From Balanoglossus misakiensis (Eukaryota > Animalia > Hemichordata): 64,000 bases of DNA. Position numbers and translations under genes: made by a program. Below, piece after piece: positions 35,847 through 49,196 of this stretch. The first letter of the stretch is position 1. The number at the start of each line of letters is the position of its first letter. The notes under the pieces were generated by a model. The model did not search any database, was not told the origin of the DNA, and was given only the letters and a program-made list of their open reading frames with translations. Location: the NCBI GenBank assembly GCA_040954595.2, contig CM082584.2:10816552-10880551 (forward strand), given 5' to 3'.

Positions 35847-38800
35847 ATGTCAAAGTGTGAGTGTGAGGGCTCACCCGATTCACTACAGGATCTCTGCTTG
35901 GACTTCATTTCCCATAATTTGTACACCCTGTGCAGGCAAACCCCTTCAGAGGACAAGACTGGGTTTGCCAAATTAGCGTTTAAAGACCCTGATATATACT
36001 TCCACGGGGAACTTTCGGAGGAGCTGCTTCAGCGACTGAGCAAACAGTTTGCCTTGAACGATGCCGTCTTGTCTCTGTTTGCGAATCCCAAGTCGACCCG
36101 GCTGAAGCAGGCGTGTATCAAGAACGCCGTGCTGTCCTGCAAGGGACTGAAGGCGCTGTCGTGCCACAGGATCGTGGACCTGGACGCGTCCTGGGTGCGC
36201 GGTGTCACCGTCAACGACATCATCGGTGCTCTGGGAGAGTGGACGACCGGTCATTTACAGTCGCTCAACGTCAGCGGAACGACGTTTGTGAACACCTCCA
36301 AGTTCTGCATCGTCATCTCGCTCTCCATGTTGAAGGCGCTCAAGCACCTGAACGTCAGCTACACCGAGTTCAACAACAACCTGGGGCTGGAGCTGGTCGT
36401 GGACAGCCTCAAGCACCTGGAGAGCTTGGACATTTCACACACGCCAATAACCAACGCCACCCCACTGTCTAAATGCCACGACCGGCTGAAGTCCCTGAAC
36501 ATGTTCCAGGTTCGCATCCCCGACAACAACCTCATGCCGGTCATCTTGGAACTGGCAAACCTCCGACAGCTAGATATTTCAAGAGAAGTTCTGGTGCATC
36601 CCTTCTCCGGGAACCAGCAAGCTGGCAAACTGAACTTATCCAGGCTGCTGGAAATGGAGAATGTGTTGCCCAGCATTACATCCCTGGATATCTCCGGGAG
36701 AGATGGTCTGATCGAGTCCTCCTTGCAGGCTTTTCTTCGCAATCATCCCAAATTGAAATTCATCGGGCTCTTGCTCACCAAGAGCGTTGTTCCAGAAACG
36801 TTAGCCATGATCGACCTGTGCTCAGCTGACTTCTTGACAAACGAACACCATGAAGACTACAGGCGCGATCTCCAGGTAAGCTTTTTTTTTTAGCTCCCAT
36901 TGCTTGATACAAATGTATAGTGATATGTCTATGTGAGAAGATTTTTTTCCGGGGAAACACCAGACTTTTTCATGCGGATTGTCAGGAATGATTAATATGC
37001 AATTTCACACAAGGTAACCCAAGAGTGCCATCACCCAAAATTACACTACATTATGTATTTAGGTGAGAATGATATAAATATATATTGCCGCACACTGAAA
37101 CTGTTTGAGGGCCGCCATTCAGCCCAGAGATGCGGTCGGGTTGTTGATTCATAAGAATTTGAAGCCGTGTGGACAAAAGCCCTCTTGTCCATCAATCAAG
37201 GTCGCTCGGAGTGACCTTGAAACTGACCCTGAGTTCTTTCACGAGTGGAAGTTTGTGTACCTCGACCTGTGGAGGTGACCCACTTCTTGCCCGTGTCTGC
37301 TCTACATATGTACAGTGTACATAGTGACATTTATATTTTATGTCAAACAAATGCTGACCGGATTTGCCCTTCAAGCACTGCTGCGTTCGCCCCAGGAATT
37401 TCTGGTAGCATGATGGTGGTTAATTTACATAATGTAATTGTAATTTCTGGTACTGGTACCCACAATGCCCTCTTCTTTTTACGTCGTAAAATTTTACATG
37501 TACTTTTGTCCATCTGATAAAGGGTGTGTTGTCGTAACAATTTTACTCAAAAATATATAATTATTAAAACACTTTATAAAAAAAATTATGGCTCCATGAT
37601 AAAATTTTAACCACCATGGCAGGCGTGTCTTGAAGTGGTCTACAGATGCTCTAGGTGAAAATGAATTCTTCTTGGTCTGTTTCAGGTGACAGGGGAATCC
37701 AATGAGAAACAGGTGCTGGAGGCCCTGCGTCGCTATAGCAACCGAGCCAACTACATGCACAAGACACTGTGCACCTTGTTCAACATGACACAAGCCTTGG
37801 ACAGAGCAAGAGTCGACATGATACAGGTATGAGTTTCTGGGACTTCAATACACAGCAAGTTGTCACCGAGTCGCGTGATGATCAGAAAATCTGAGGGCTG
37901 TCCTTCAGAACTGGACCGGGCTGGTCCCCCAACAAGGGCTCTTTGAGATTGTACTAGTGATATCACACCAGTGACTCAAAACTGTGTATTTCATTTACTC
38001 TGTTTTCACGATAAGTCCGTTTACAAGTTTTAACCAGCTGCTGACATCCGGCATGATGGGTGGCGACATCCCGTGCAATGACCTTGTGTTTGTGTCGATG
38101 TATAAATTGGTCCACACACTAATCAACGTGTCTACTTGCCTAGTGTTAAAATAGAACAGGTGACCCCCACAGTTGTTGTGTTCATGATACGTTTGAAGTG
38201 ATCATTAATTACTAGTACACTGATTGTTGTGTGTACAAAACATCTGACCTAGATGTGTTTGAGAGGCGTGTCAGTGTACAGCAATACCGGTCCGGACTGG
38301 ATTAATTTTCCGCTGTCACTGGCTGGCCGACCTTCACCGAGCTTGTCAAGGACTTCTCAGAAAGAGATTATGTAGCTGTGCTTAATATTTGCATGTGAAT
38401 TGGAACAGTGGTCTAGTTCACTTTTGTTGTTGGTCCTCTGGGTCTGACCTTTGACCCTGCCCCTGTTTAACCCCCGAAAACCGATTTAATAAATAATGTG
38501 TACAGTGACCAAAAACACAGTTTGAGTTTAAGAGATGGAAGCTATAAAACGGAACACACAATTTTGGCAAACCTTTCATGGAGGTACTCCATGAATAAAA
38601 ATACATCAGTTTTTTGAGTGTGCTAAAATGACATTTTACTTTTGTTCAACAGCTGATATTACCTGGCATGGGAAATCACAGACAACATCTAGGAGTTCAG
38701 ATGGCTGCAAGGTTGGTCAATTGTTGATTTTCAAAACTTGTACGGACGGAAAAATTCCACAGACTTTTTATATTTCTCAGCACACACACTGACACTGACC

Positions 38801-41800
38801 ATTATTGAACAACGCAGATATTTCACCTGTCAATTAACAACATCCAGCATAATTGCTCCTCGTGTCTGACAACAAATCAACAGATTGGCTATATGCTTGT
38901 CTTTCTCTGTAGCGCCTGTCTGTACAACCTCTCCAAGCAACAACTAGCCGACAACGTTCATGTAACAGTACTAAAAGATATGGTGCAGTTGACAATGGAT
39001 GCCATGGAAACCTTTCCAAACCACCAACAGCTTCAGAAGAACGCTCTACTGACTCTCTGCAGCGACAGGATATTACAGGATGTGGTAAGTTGCTGAAATG
39101 CGCCTTAAAATCAAAGTCTTAAACTTAGATTCTTCTCTTTTAAAAGTGAGAGCGAAATAGCAAACTTGTCTCAATTTCGAAATTCAAAATGGCCGCCAAT
39201 GTATGTGTTAAGTCTATGGAGAACATTTAACAGCTGTTCTGTCTAGGTCTCTCATTTTTTAATCTCTGTGTCCTTGACAGACATTTGACAGATTCCGTGC
39301 AGCTAAGCTGGTGATGGACTGCCTGTGTACGTTTGAAGATTCGTCCATGAGTCGGATGGCAGTTGCTATCTGTTCGATACTGGCAGCTAAGATATCTACA
39401 GAGCAGACTGCCCTCCTTGGCAGTAAACCATATATGAAGGTATTACAATATCAAAATTGCCACAGATTATCCAATTTATTAGGAAGTAAAGGGACAACTG
39501 TGAATATCACAGGCTCAGTAAGCCACATTTTTTTGTAGAAGAGGTCAAATTCTATCTCTTTTCAAAAACCTGTGCTCAGCACCATTCTGGTTAACTACAG
39601 AAGTGTGTAAATCTGCAAAAAACTTTTTCACAGAAATTACTGAACATTGTGAAGAAGAAAGCCGAGGACATCCAAGCTGATGTGACATTGAAGTTTACGT
39701 TGAGTGCGCTGTGGAATCTGACGGACGAATCGCCCACTACGTGCAATATCTTCCTGTGTGAAGGCGGCTTAGAACTTCTCATGCATATACTGGAGGTAAG
39801 AATCTGGAGAGGGGATTTCAGATTAGATCTCACTGTGTTCTATGTGTGTCTGTTCTACAACTGTGACACTCTCACTCCCGTTTCTGTAGAGGTACATTCT
39901 TACCATAGCAACCAGAAGATTTGGACCAAACCATGGTGTGTGAAAGGGTTAAATAGATATCTGTCAATAAAAGTAGAGGTAGTACCGCAGCAAGATTTAT
40001 GAAAGCAGAAATGAGCGATCGTTAAATCCACAGCAGTGAAGAACCAATTGTCGGTTTACGCATATGTTGATGGTGTCTGGGATCAGTCTGTTGACCTCGG
40101 GATGAACCCATGTGGAAGGGGCTTGTTGGGCCAGTTTTCAACAGTCACTCTTTTTCCACACCCATATGAAGAAGACATGATGGAAAGCTATACATAAATA
40201 TACATATATACATATATTGGGGACATTTGCATGGACAGACAGATGGGCAGACACTTAGACAACATATTGCCACTATCTACAACCAATTATTGCAGCACTC
40301 TGGGTGACTGTAAATGTGCCACTCCATAGAAAGGCACAATAACCCAGATATGAAAATAACCCAGGTTGCCGGCAGACCGATATTAGAATAACCATAGACA
40401 GTGGATTGCTCCGACATTAAATGGAGTGCTTTAGTGTACATTAGTACCAGCATAAGTTTATGTGTGTGTGTGGAACAGGCTTTAGGATGGTAGGAAAACA
40501 CGAACTTCACTCACTCAATCCCTTTTTTGTAATTAAAATATATTTTGACCTCTGCCCATGTATATTTTCTTTTATAGATTTTCCCAAATGAAACTGCCTT
40601 GGAAACAAAAGTCCTTGGGTTGATTGTAAGTAGACATGCGTACATGATGTTTCTCAAGGGTGTTATTCAAGCCAGATTGTAACAATGATCACTGTCAGTG
40701 TTTATAATTTGTCATTGTGTCAATATGCGATCTAAAATGTGGCAAAAAATATTTTGTCAGGTACATGTACATCAAAAGTGGACATCAGATCAGTACTTTC
40801 TTATTTTTTGCTTTTAGACTTGCCATCAATTTTATCAGATGTTTGAAATCCTTATTTTTTTTTATCAAACCCATTTAGATTGATTTTCTTTCAAGTTCTC
40901 ATTGATTTCCAAGCCATTCAGTTCAGTTCTTCAGATATTGATCGGTTGCAAAAGAAGCTATAAATAGTTTCCTGTATCGATGAGTAAAAGTAAAATATTG
41001 TGGTATTTGTCTGGAGCCTTTTGAACACCAGCATTTGATTTGCCTTTCAGAATAATATTGCTGAAGTTAAGGAGCTCAGGCACACCCTGCTCAGACAAGA
41101 CTTCATCCAACACGTCAAGTGAGTATCGACTATGTAGTGTATAATGAACTGTGGTTTGGAAAGGAAAACTGTTTTCGTAAAATTTGTACACACCTGCTTT
41201 CTTTCAAATGCACCCAAGGCCGATTATCGTCATCCTTTCAGAGCTGTCATCAAAGTCAGAGAAAATCAAGATTAATTTGTTGATTTGCTGATTAGACTGT
41301 GTTGATGGAGGGTGACACTGTTCGTTGTTACTTTGCAGAAACCTACTTGGAGGGGATCAGATTGAAGTAAGTTACTTCGCAGCCGGTATCATAGCTCACA
41401 TCACCAGTGATGTTGGACGAGAAGGATGGACTCTCTCGCAAGATCTTCGAAATCAGCTCCTGAAGGCACTGGTAAGTGATTCTTGCGCTGTTACAGTGCC
41501 CTCTATACTTTGAGATTGCCATTAGACATGGTGCCCTCTATAGCTCAGATAACAAGAAATTTTGGATGGGCGTGATGGGCTGTTACAAAAATTTTAGTTT
41601 TCTTTTTTTTTGTACACATACATGTACCATATTTACACTTTGATTGAAGTAGTGTACTTTGTGAGTACCGTTAAAGTCATATTTGTAGACGCATCTGTAT
41701 TTATAGACGCACCCCTATTCTGAGCTGATTGCAATGTCACAAATTCAAAGATTTGGAAAAACGGAAAAGTACATATTATTAGACGCACCCTGCTTTCAGC

Positions 41801-43194
41801 ATGGTGGAGGACAAGCCCCCTTTCATTCAATGCGGAAGACTGACTAACAGAAGACTGACTAACGGTGACTTTCTTTGCCATTGTTTCAACTACGTCTTTT
41901 CCATTGTCTCAACTGCCCATAATTGCTGGGTCTACGTCTTTTCCATTGTCTCAGTTGCCTATAATTGCTCAGCTGGTCAACACAACGTCCATGAAACATG
42001 CATGAAATTAACATATGAATACACTTTGACATGTAGTTGACCTCTCATTAATTATCCTCTAAAATCATTTACTCTGATTGGTTGAAGTTTTCAATGGCTG
42101 TCACTTTGACATTTGATGCCTTGTCACCCATTGACACATGGCTTCAGACGTAGTTGACCCAGATGGTGTTGACCCAGACAGTGCGTCTGATTTTATCAAT
42201 GGGCATGTAACGTAATTTGCAACATTGTTTATGTGGAAGTAGAAGCTAAGTCTCAGATTACATTATGGGGTGAATATACGGACAAGACATGACAACTGTA
42301 TGAGGAATAGGCTTCAGACTTTTGAGCAAAGAACACAAGTCATGCAGCAGGAGTAGAAGTGTATGATTGCATGGGAAGTACTTTCTTTATGACCTGATTT
42401 TTGGCGATGTCTTCTCCTGAGAACAGAAAAAGTTTGTTTTGAAACTTGGCATACTTCCATATTATTAGACGCACCCCGATTTCAGGATCATTGTAGCAGT
42501 CGAAATATTGCAACTTTGTTAAAAAACCTGCGTCTACAAATATGACTTTAACGGTAGTTCACCCGGCCCTATCAGGTTTGAAAGTGTATCTTTCTTTTCT
42601 TAACCAGCATGATGCTATCCTGAGCTGGGAGAATCCGAAAGGTGAAATGGTGGCCTATCGGTCGTTCAGTCCATTTTTCCCTCTACTTGGTCCAGATGGA
42701 ATAGCAGAAGTCCAGCTGTGGGCAGTCTGGGCTATTCAACATGTCTGCACCAAGAACTGTAAGTTGGCACAGGCACTACTCTATCATACATACATAGATT
42801 TATAGATCATGAATACATGCATATAAATCTATGTTTGTTGGGAGAATTTTTTAGGTTTACAGTGGAAAAAAAATGCCCATAGGTGAAGCCTGAAATTCAG
42901 AGATAGAATCAAAGACCACTTACCAGATTGAAAATTGAAACCTTGTCACTTATCAATTTGGATGTCCACCTCTTTGACAGTGATCGATGCTCTCCAAAAC
43001 GAGTAATGAGATCTCATTATTGCATTTGGTGTTCTCTTCCAACAGCTGTTCGTTACTGTCCGATGCTGATCAGGGAAGGCGGGGTCAGCGTTCTGAAGGA
43101 CCTGCTGGCGTGTGCAGGCACATCCGAAGAAGTGAAGAACATCACCCAGAGCATTCTGGAAGTGTTGAATCAGTACTTGCCCGCTTCGAAGTAA
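35847..43194 (+). CDS. ZYG11: ZYG11-like paralogue C (most canonical), ~756 aa, 11 coding exons: 35847-36875, 37686-37826, 38653-38711, 38913-39084, 39281-39439, 39634-39795, 40578-40625, 41051-41118, 41339-41471, 42608-42758, 43046-43194. Possible upstream ATG exon at 33956-33963
   Basis: SPDSLQDLCLDFI, FPNHQQLQKNALLTLCSDRILQDV, TLKFTLSALWNLTDESPTTC, NNIAEV, IEVSYFAAGIIAH, MVAYRSFSPFFPLL, VQLWAVWAIQHVC. These closely match vertebrate ZYG11B motifs as I recall them. Confidence 0.93.
41666..42556. mobile_element. Non-autonomous Tc1/mariner (pogo-like) element, 887 bp (41668-42554), with TA TSD and 26-bp perfect TIRs
   Basis: ta-ccgttaaagtcatatttgtagacgca (41666-41693) and tgcgtctacaaatatgactttaacgg-ta (42529-42556). 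Subterminal tagacgcaccc repeats near 41704, 41780 and 42465. No transposase ORF. Confidence 0.88.
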
Positions 43195-44874
43195 ATCCAG
43201 CCACATCCGCATCAAGAAGTGCAAATCTGCGTCTCCGAGGACAGTACACTTCACACAGCAAATGTGTGGTTTCTGAAGTTTCTGACTTCTGTAGAAACAA
43301 CGCAGCAACTTTGATACAGTCAGAGAGAGAGAGAGATACAAACTTGCCATCCATGTACATGTAACATGGTGGCTCTTTCCAGATAAAGCGCCATCGGTGG
43401 GGAGGATTCACATATCTTTTGTTTGCTGGATAGGCATTGATTTCGCGTGTGTCCAAAAGAAAACGATTTCCTCCACCAACACTGCCAAGTTCTTGTCATC
43501 TTTTGTCGAAGCACAAATCATTATCGAGTGTAAATCAAACTGCAGGTGAAACAAGACGTATACCTCTGCAAAAAATTGTCATTTTGTGTGCTGAAGCCGT
43601 ACACCTAATATAGCAAGAGAATTCTTCAAGCAGTAGATGGTATTGACACATAGGAGGGGAGGACACAACCTAGTAGTCTCCGGGGTGACCATCATTACTA
43701 ACAACTACCACTCATTCAAATAGATCGAAAACATTTTAATTTGTGTAGGGATGATCAGGAGGGAAAATGGGCAAAAAATGCTAACAAAAACTTAGAAACT
43801 CTTAACTTTTATGCATATCTGGTACTCGGATTCTTTTAAATAGCAAATAATAAAATTAATAATCTGCAACAAAATGTAGTTTAGTGTAGTATGAAACCAT
43901 TGACCTTCAGTGGGTGTAGATTTATTTTTCATTTTGAGTCACCAGAGATTTAAAAGTGGCATTACACTTTTGCAAGGTTTCCTAAAAAAATCTAAATGGC
44001 TTGTTTAACATATTTTCAGAAAAAAAATGTTCTGTGTCTTTTGGTGATAAGAGAAACCAGAGAATGTAGTGATTCTCAAACAGTCTACATTAATTTAAAT
44101 GAAATTTTAGAAAAAATAGTATAGTTGATGTCCAAGCTGAAATACCTTAGATGATTTATAAACAGTTTAAATCTACAGTATTTTCAATACAAGTAGATGC
44201 AAGACATATTCATGCACACAAAGGTTTGTGTGTGAATGACAAGTTAACAGAAATTCTTGTCTTAAAATCGTAGTCACGTTTAGAAGAGACAATTTCACAC
44301 TGCAGGGTAGGTATATCACAGCAAGGCCCGTGGAAACCTTAGCGAATATGTACAGCAGCTGATACTTTTTGAAAGGCCGAAAGTGGAATTTTAAGAATGT
44401 ATTATTCTGGGAGAAATTAGCTAATGTAGCTAATGAATACACAGACTTGTTATAGAGTAGTGAATGTTGACTTCATTGACAAGTAACAGACTGAGTTTTT
44501 TTCCTGTATGGGTAGAGGAAGACAGTATTTACATAAACGCATTGTTATGAGGATTCTCTTTAGATAGCTGAATAAAAACCTGGCCTGAGTACATTTGCCT
44601 AAGCATTCCCGTTACATGTATACCAGTTGTCTTGGCACTGAACAACGTATGCAATAAATATGCTTGAATTATGTTGATTCCTTTGAACTTTGACCCGGAA
44701 GCAAACTTTCAAAGGACCTCATAATCTTACTGGGGGCAGAGGGTAAAGGTCAGAATAAGACAAATTATTTTACAATTTTTCATTTCTGAAGCCGTATTTC
44801 TCAGCCATGGCTGAATCAATGCCATGAACAAATTCAATTCAGGAAGGGCTATTATCTACACACATCAGGTTGTG

Positions 44875-45115
44875 TTGCGATATGATCCAATATGGCTGGC
44901 AGGCAGCCATTTTGTTATGTATTTTTCATGCCCACAACTCTTTCTCAAGCATGATTAAACTGATTTCGTTTACTCACTATGAGTTAAGTAGTGTACAATT
45001 ACACTGGTACTTTGACATTCCTGGAGTAATTTTGTTAATGTTGGCTTTGTTGTATGCATAGGAACAACTTGTGGCACTGTGCGATCCAAGATGGCTGCCT
45101 GACAACCACATTGAC
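44875..45115. repeat. Inverted copy of the GGCAGCCATATTGGATC repeat family
   Basis: gatccaatatggctggcaggcagccattttg (~44885) and gatccaagatggctgcc (~45083) match the reverse complement of the 12889-13146 motifs. Confidence 0.65.
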
Positions 45116-45685
45116 AACCTTTTTGATGCACTTATGAATTTCAACATTTTCTCCAGCTATTCACAACTTTCCCCCCTCTGATAACTTATAATTGAGATAT
45201 GATGTTTCTGGTATCCCACAGGAAGATGTACACCAGTGAAAGTTGGCTTTACACATAAAAAGTTAATTTGTAGGAAAAGCCTACAGGAAGAAATAAAGAA
45301 AGTAATACCACTCTTTGTCTCATGTTCATTCTTTTAACCCTTTCACCCCCCCCCCCCAAGATACAGTATATTATATCCATATGATCTAATGAAGGCATTT
45401 AAGTTGCCAAATAAAAATTTTCAGTTTCATACCAAATTTTCTATTTCCTATATTTGTATTTCAAAATATACAGTTTGATAACCTGAAGATGTGTTCTTTC
45501 TATTTCACAGTGGTATGATGTTTTTGTATAGTAACTTTACTTAATGGGCAACTGAGGCCTTGGAATGCAAATAAATGTGCACTATTATTATTATTTAGCT
45601 GTACTATTATTACTAACAGAATTATCTTTCCCTCTTTAAACACACGGAAAATGCTTTAAGTCCAGACAAGAATCACTCTAGGTAA

Positions 45686-47398
45686 TCATGTTTCCAGCTT
45701 TCTAAAGCTTCCGGCCAATCCTGCAGAAGGATCTGCACCTTGTGACACGCCTCCCAGCGAATCAGCAGCTTTCGGGAAACCATACTGGTTGTGTTCTTCC
45801 CATTTTCTGTCTTCTTTGCACAGCTCATCGAAAAGGTCTTGCGAGGTGTAGTTGATCAGTTGCCCACCAAAGTCTGACGGCAGCATGGATGATGGAATGT
45901 ATTCATGCAACGTTCCGTAGTCCTTGCCATGAAAGTGCAACTGGATATACGAAGATAGAATATGAAAAAGGATCAAGTAAACATATACTTATATTTATGG
46001 TGTTCACTTTGCTCTAAACGCTGACTTAGAACTCCCTTCATTCATTCATTCATTCATTCATAGGAACTAAAATACAAATTTTCCCCTTCTCAATCAGGAA
46101 AAGAAGATTATCAACTTACCCGCTTTGATAACTTCTCTGAAAGAAGAGGTTTGAAAAGCTCAAACATTGCTCCAAAAAACTCAGGCTGACGAACATAGTG
46201 ACCTGCTTTAAAACGTATAGGCATGGCATTCTGTGAAGGAAACAAGTAGCTGGCAATAACATATATAGAAGAAACACACACACACACACACCAAGCCTAT
46301 TAACCCCAACCCTAATGCTGACCTTCACCACCAGAGAATAGTACAGTCCGAGGTCCACTCCTTGGCACTTCAATTAATACAAATAGATTAATCTAATAGC
46401 CCCTTACTAAGAACACATCCATCATTTTCTTCGAATCTGCTGCACCAAACTTGGTCATCATTCTGATTGATGCGCCCTCATAGTCTTCAACTGTTACAAC
46501 GCCATGAACTTGAGTCTCTTCATCTTCAAGAAGCTTATCGAACAGAATCATAAAGGCTATTGTAACAGAGTTCGCGCTGTATCGGTCCATGTCCCATTTT
46601 GCTATTAGATCAATAGATACATGTATATGTAAATCAGCATAAATTACCTAAGAAATGGGAAATTGTCTGATCGATTTTTCAAAAATCTCTGTAAAGATGT
46701 ATGGATGTGTGTCTATCAATGAACTTTGTCAATTGCAAAATTGTCACTCGGTTTTTCGTAATCACAACAAATGCACATGGTAATTGGGGGCAATAATATG
46801 TTTATAAACATTATGCATATATTTGCATAAATTTACATAATACTTGTGAGTGACAGGATTGAACTCAGTACATGTACCATCTTCAGTGAAGATATTTACA
46901 TAACAATCTGAGCCACGCCCATCATATGTGCAATAAGACATCATATCAGGTCCAATAAACAGCGTGAATTTTATAGGTCGTATCCTAAGGATGGCGATTA
47001 CTGCACTGCTTACCTGCTCTGAAAAGTACAACAGGTCGCCCATCCTTGTCTCTTCCGGGACATACTGTCACCATTTCTGTATCGTAGATGTGTTTATAAA
47101 ATGACGGTTGGTAATTGACAAACAATTCTTTGTATTTACGCCGTACCTCAAAGTGATGCAAAAGCATTTTGTATGCCCTGTCAACGTCAAATTTCTTATT
47201 TCGCAGAAATCTGACGAGGAATGCATCGTCGGGTGGCAACTTCACTTCTGGTTTTTCCTTCGCAAACTTTGCTCTCAATTCGTCAATTTTCTCATCTCGA
47301 GTCTCTGGGTTCTCGTTCAATTCCAGTCTGGCCTTTTCTAAAGTCTTCTCGCTCAGAGTGCAAACATACCTTCGGCGATCTTGCCCCATGGACGCCAT
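45686..47398 (-). CDS. CRAL-TRIO lipid-binding protein (alpha-tocopherol transfer protein-like/clavesin-like), ~314 aa. Exons 47398-47014, 46601-46408, 46230-46120, 45940-45686
   Basis: Y.CTLSEKTLEKARLELNE, DDAFLVRFLRNKKFDV, RDKDGRPV, ETQVHGVV..ED, LHFHG..LH..IP..MLPSDFGG. Exons total 945 nt, in frame. Confidence 0.9.
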
Positions 47399-49196
47399 TG
47401 CGCATAAAATTGTATTGGATATATCAAGTACGAACAGGATAACCTTCGGCCTTTATTACATGTATTACAGCTCCACAAACACGTACATCATGTAAATTTC
47501 ATGTACATTATATAGACTGATTGACTGCGCATGTGCACAGTTCTCTGAAAGGGGTCAGGTCAGGTCACGCTCGGACTTTCAAAGCGAGGCTGTGGTCATG
47601 GTCTAAAGCTTCTGTGTTGCCAGAGGTTATGTTTCAACAGATGGCAGTCTTATTTCGGTTAAAAAAAAACGCTTGAGCTTTCTCTCAAAGCAGAAAGAAC
47701 AGTGAATACCTTTAGAGCAATATTTACACTCTGGTGTCACAAACAAAAAGGAGCATACATGACTATAGGCAAGTTTTGTTAATAACACGGCCGATGTGTA
47801 TGCATTGTGGTGTATGTGCATCTGTCATGATACAGGAAATGAAACCAGACCCAGAAAAATCCGTAAGGTCATGAACACAACAATTTTAATGACCAATTTC
47901 TTAAAACTTTGGCAGGTGTTTACATAAAAGTGGCAGAACTTTCTCTCAAAGACTGAAAAAATTCAAAATTAAGATGCAGTATAAACTGTATAAACATGTC
48001 TCTCTTTTTCTTTAAAAACCTACTTCTATTGACATTATGAGAAGCCAAGTATTGTTATCTACAGCTAGACCTTATATTCAATAAAAATACAATGAATGCT
48101 TTCTGTGGTCTCCGACACACACAGAAAATGTGAAAAAGTGTTTTCTCTGCCAATGAAGCTAATTTGGGGGAATTAACTTGTTGTTTTCCAAATGATATTT
48201 CATTGCATAATCAACTATTTTTTTGTTTATTTTTAGAAGAATTTGACTATTATATTACAAGAGGCATAACTCAATACACTCTTATGTATTATAAATAGTA
48301 TAATAAACAATAACCTGTATATGTTTGCAGTATATTACACAATGTTGAATGTTTCCATATTTTAGCATTATGTTTTGTTGACGTCAAATACCTAAGCTTT
48401 CAAGTAAGTGAGACAGTATATCTGGGTTTCATTTTGTACAAACTCGCTTTATGAGTGGTTCTGAATCATTTCTGTAAATTATTTGACAGGTTACTACAGA
48501 TAAAGGCAGTACGAAAAACCATTCGCTGAATGTAAAATGTCTTTGTGCAATTTTTTTATGTACAAGATCAGTTGTATGACTTCAGTTGCAAAGATGGCTA
48601 ACATTTCTGTGAGGAACTGTACAGAATGTGTCACAGAGGCATATGACTGAAATATTTTTAACATGACACGCGTGTCGTAGCAGGTCCACAAATATTAAGT
48701 CAATCTGTGACTTCTTGTGGCTAGAAACTGTAGAAAATATTCCAGAAGCCTAAGCAAGTACTGATCGCCTTTTAAAAAAAACTTCAATTGTGTAGGATGT
48801 GGTGCACTGACACAGCCATTAGTGTGGTGTTGTCACTGGCAATAATCCAAAGTTGGTATGCTGTATTGAGGAACATCCCGCGCACAAGGAATGTAGTTTA
48901 AAGGAAGAAGTTTCAACACAGGTCCAATGTTTTTCAGTGATGCGTTTTATGATCCAAAAAATCCCTCAGGCTTCTGGCTTGACTGCCTGTTATCCATCAT
49001 CTCGGGAGCTTTTACAACTCCTCGAGGAGCTAACTGTATTTCATTAAAGAGTCACTATCTCAGAAATGTAGCTTTGAATCTGGACTTCATAGGTACCAGT
49101 AAGTCCTGAAGCTTTCCTGTGTTTCAACTTTGCACACTGTCAAACTGGGTTTGATGCACGCTGTTTCTTTGTGATCCACGGTGGAAGTTCCTAGGT

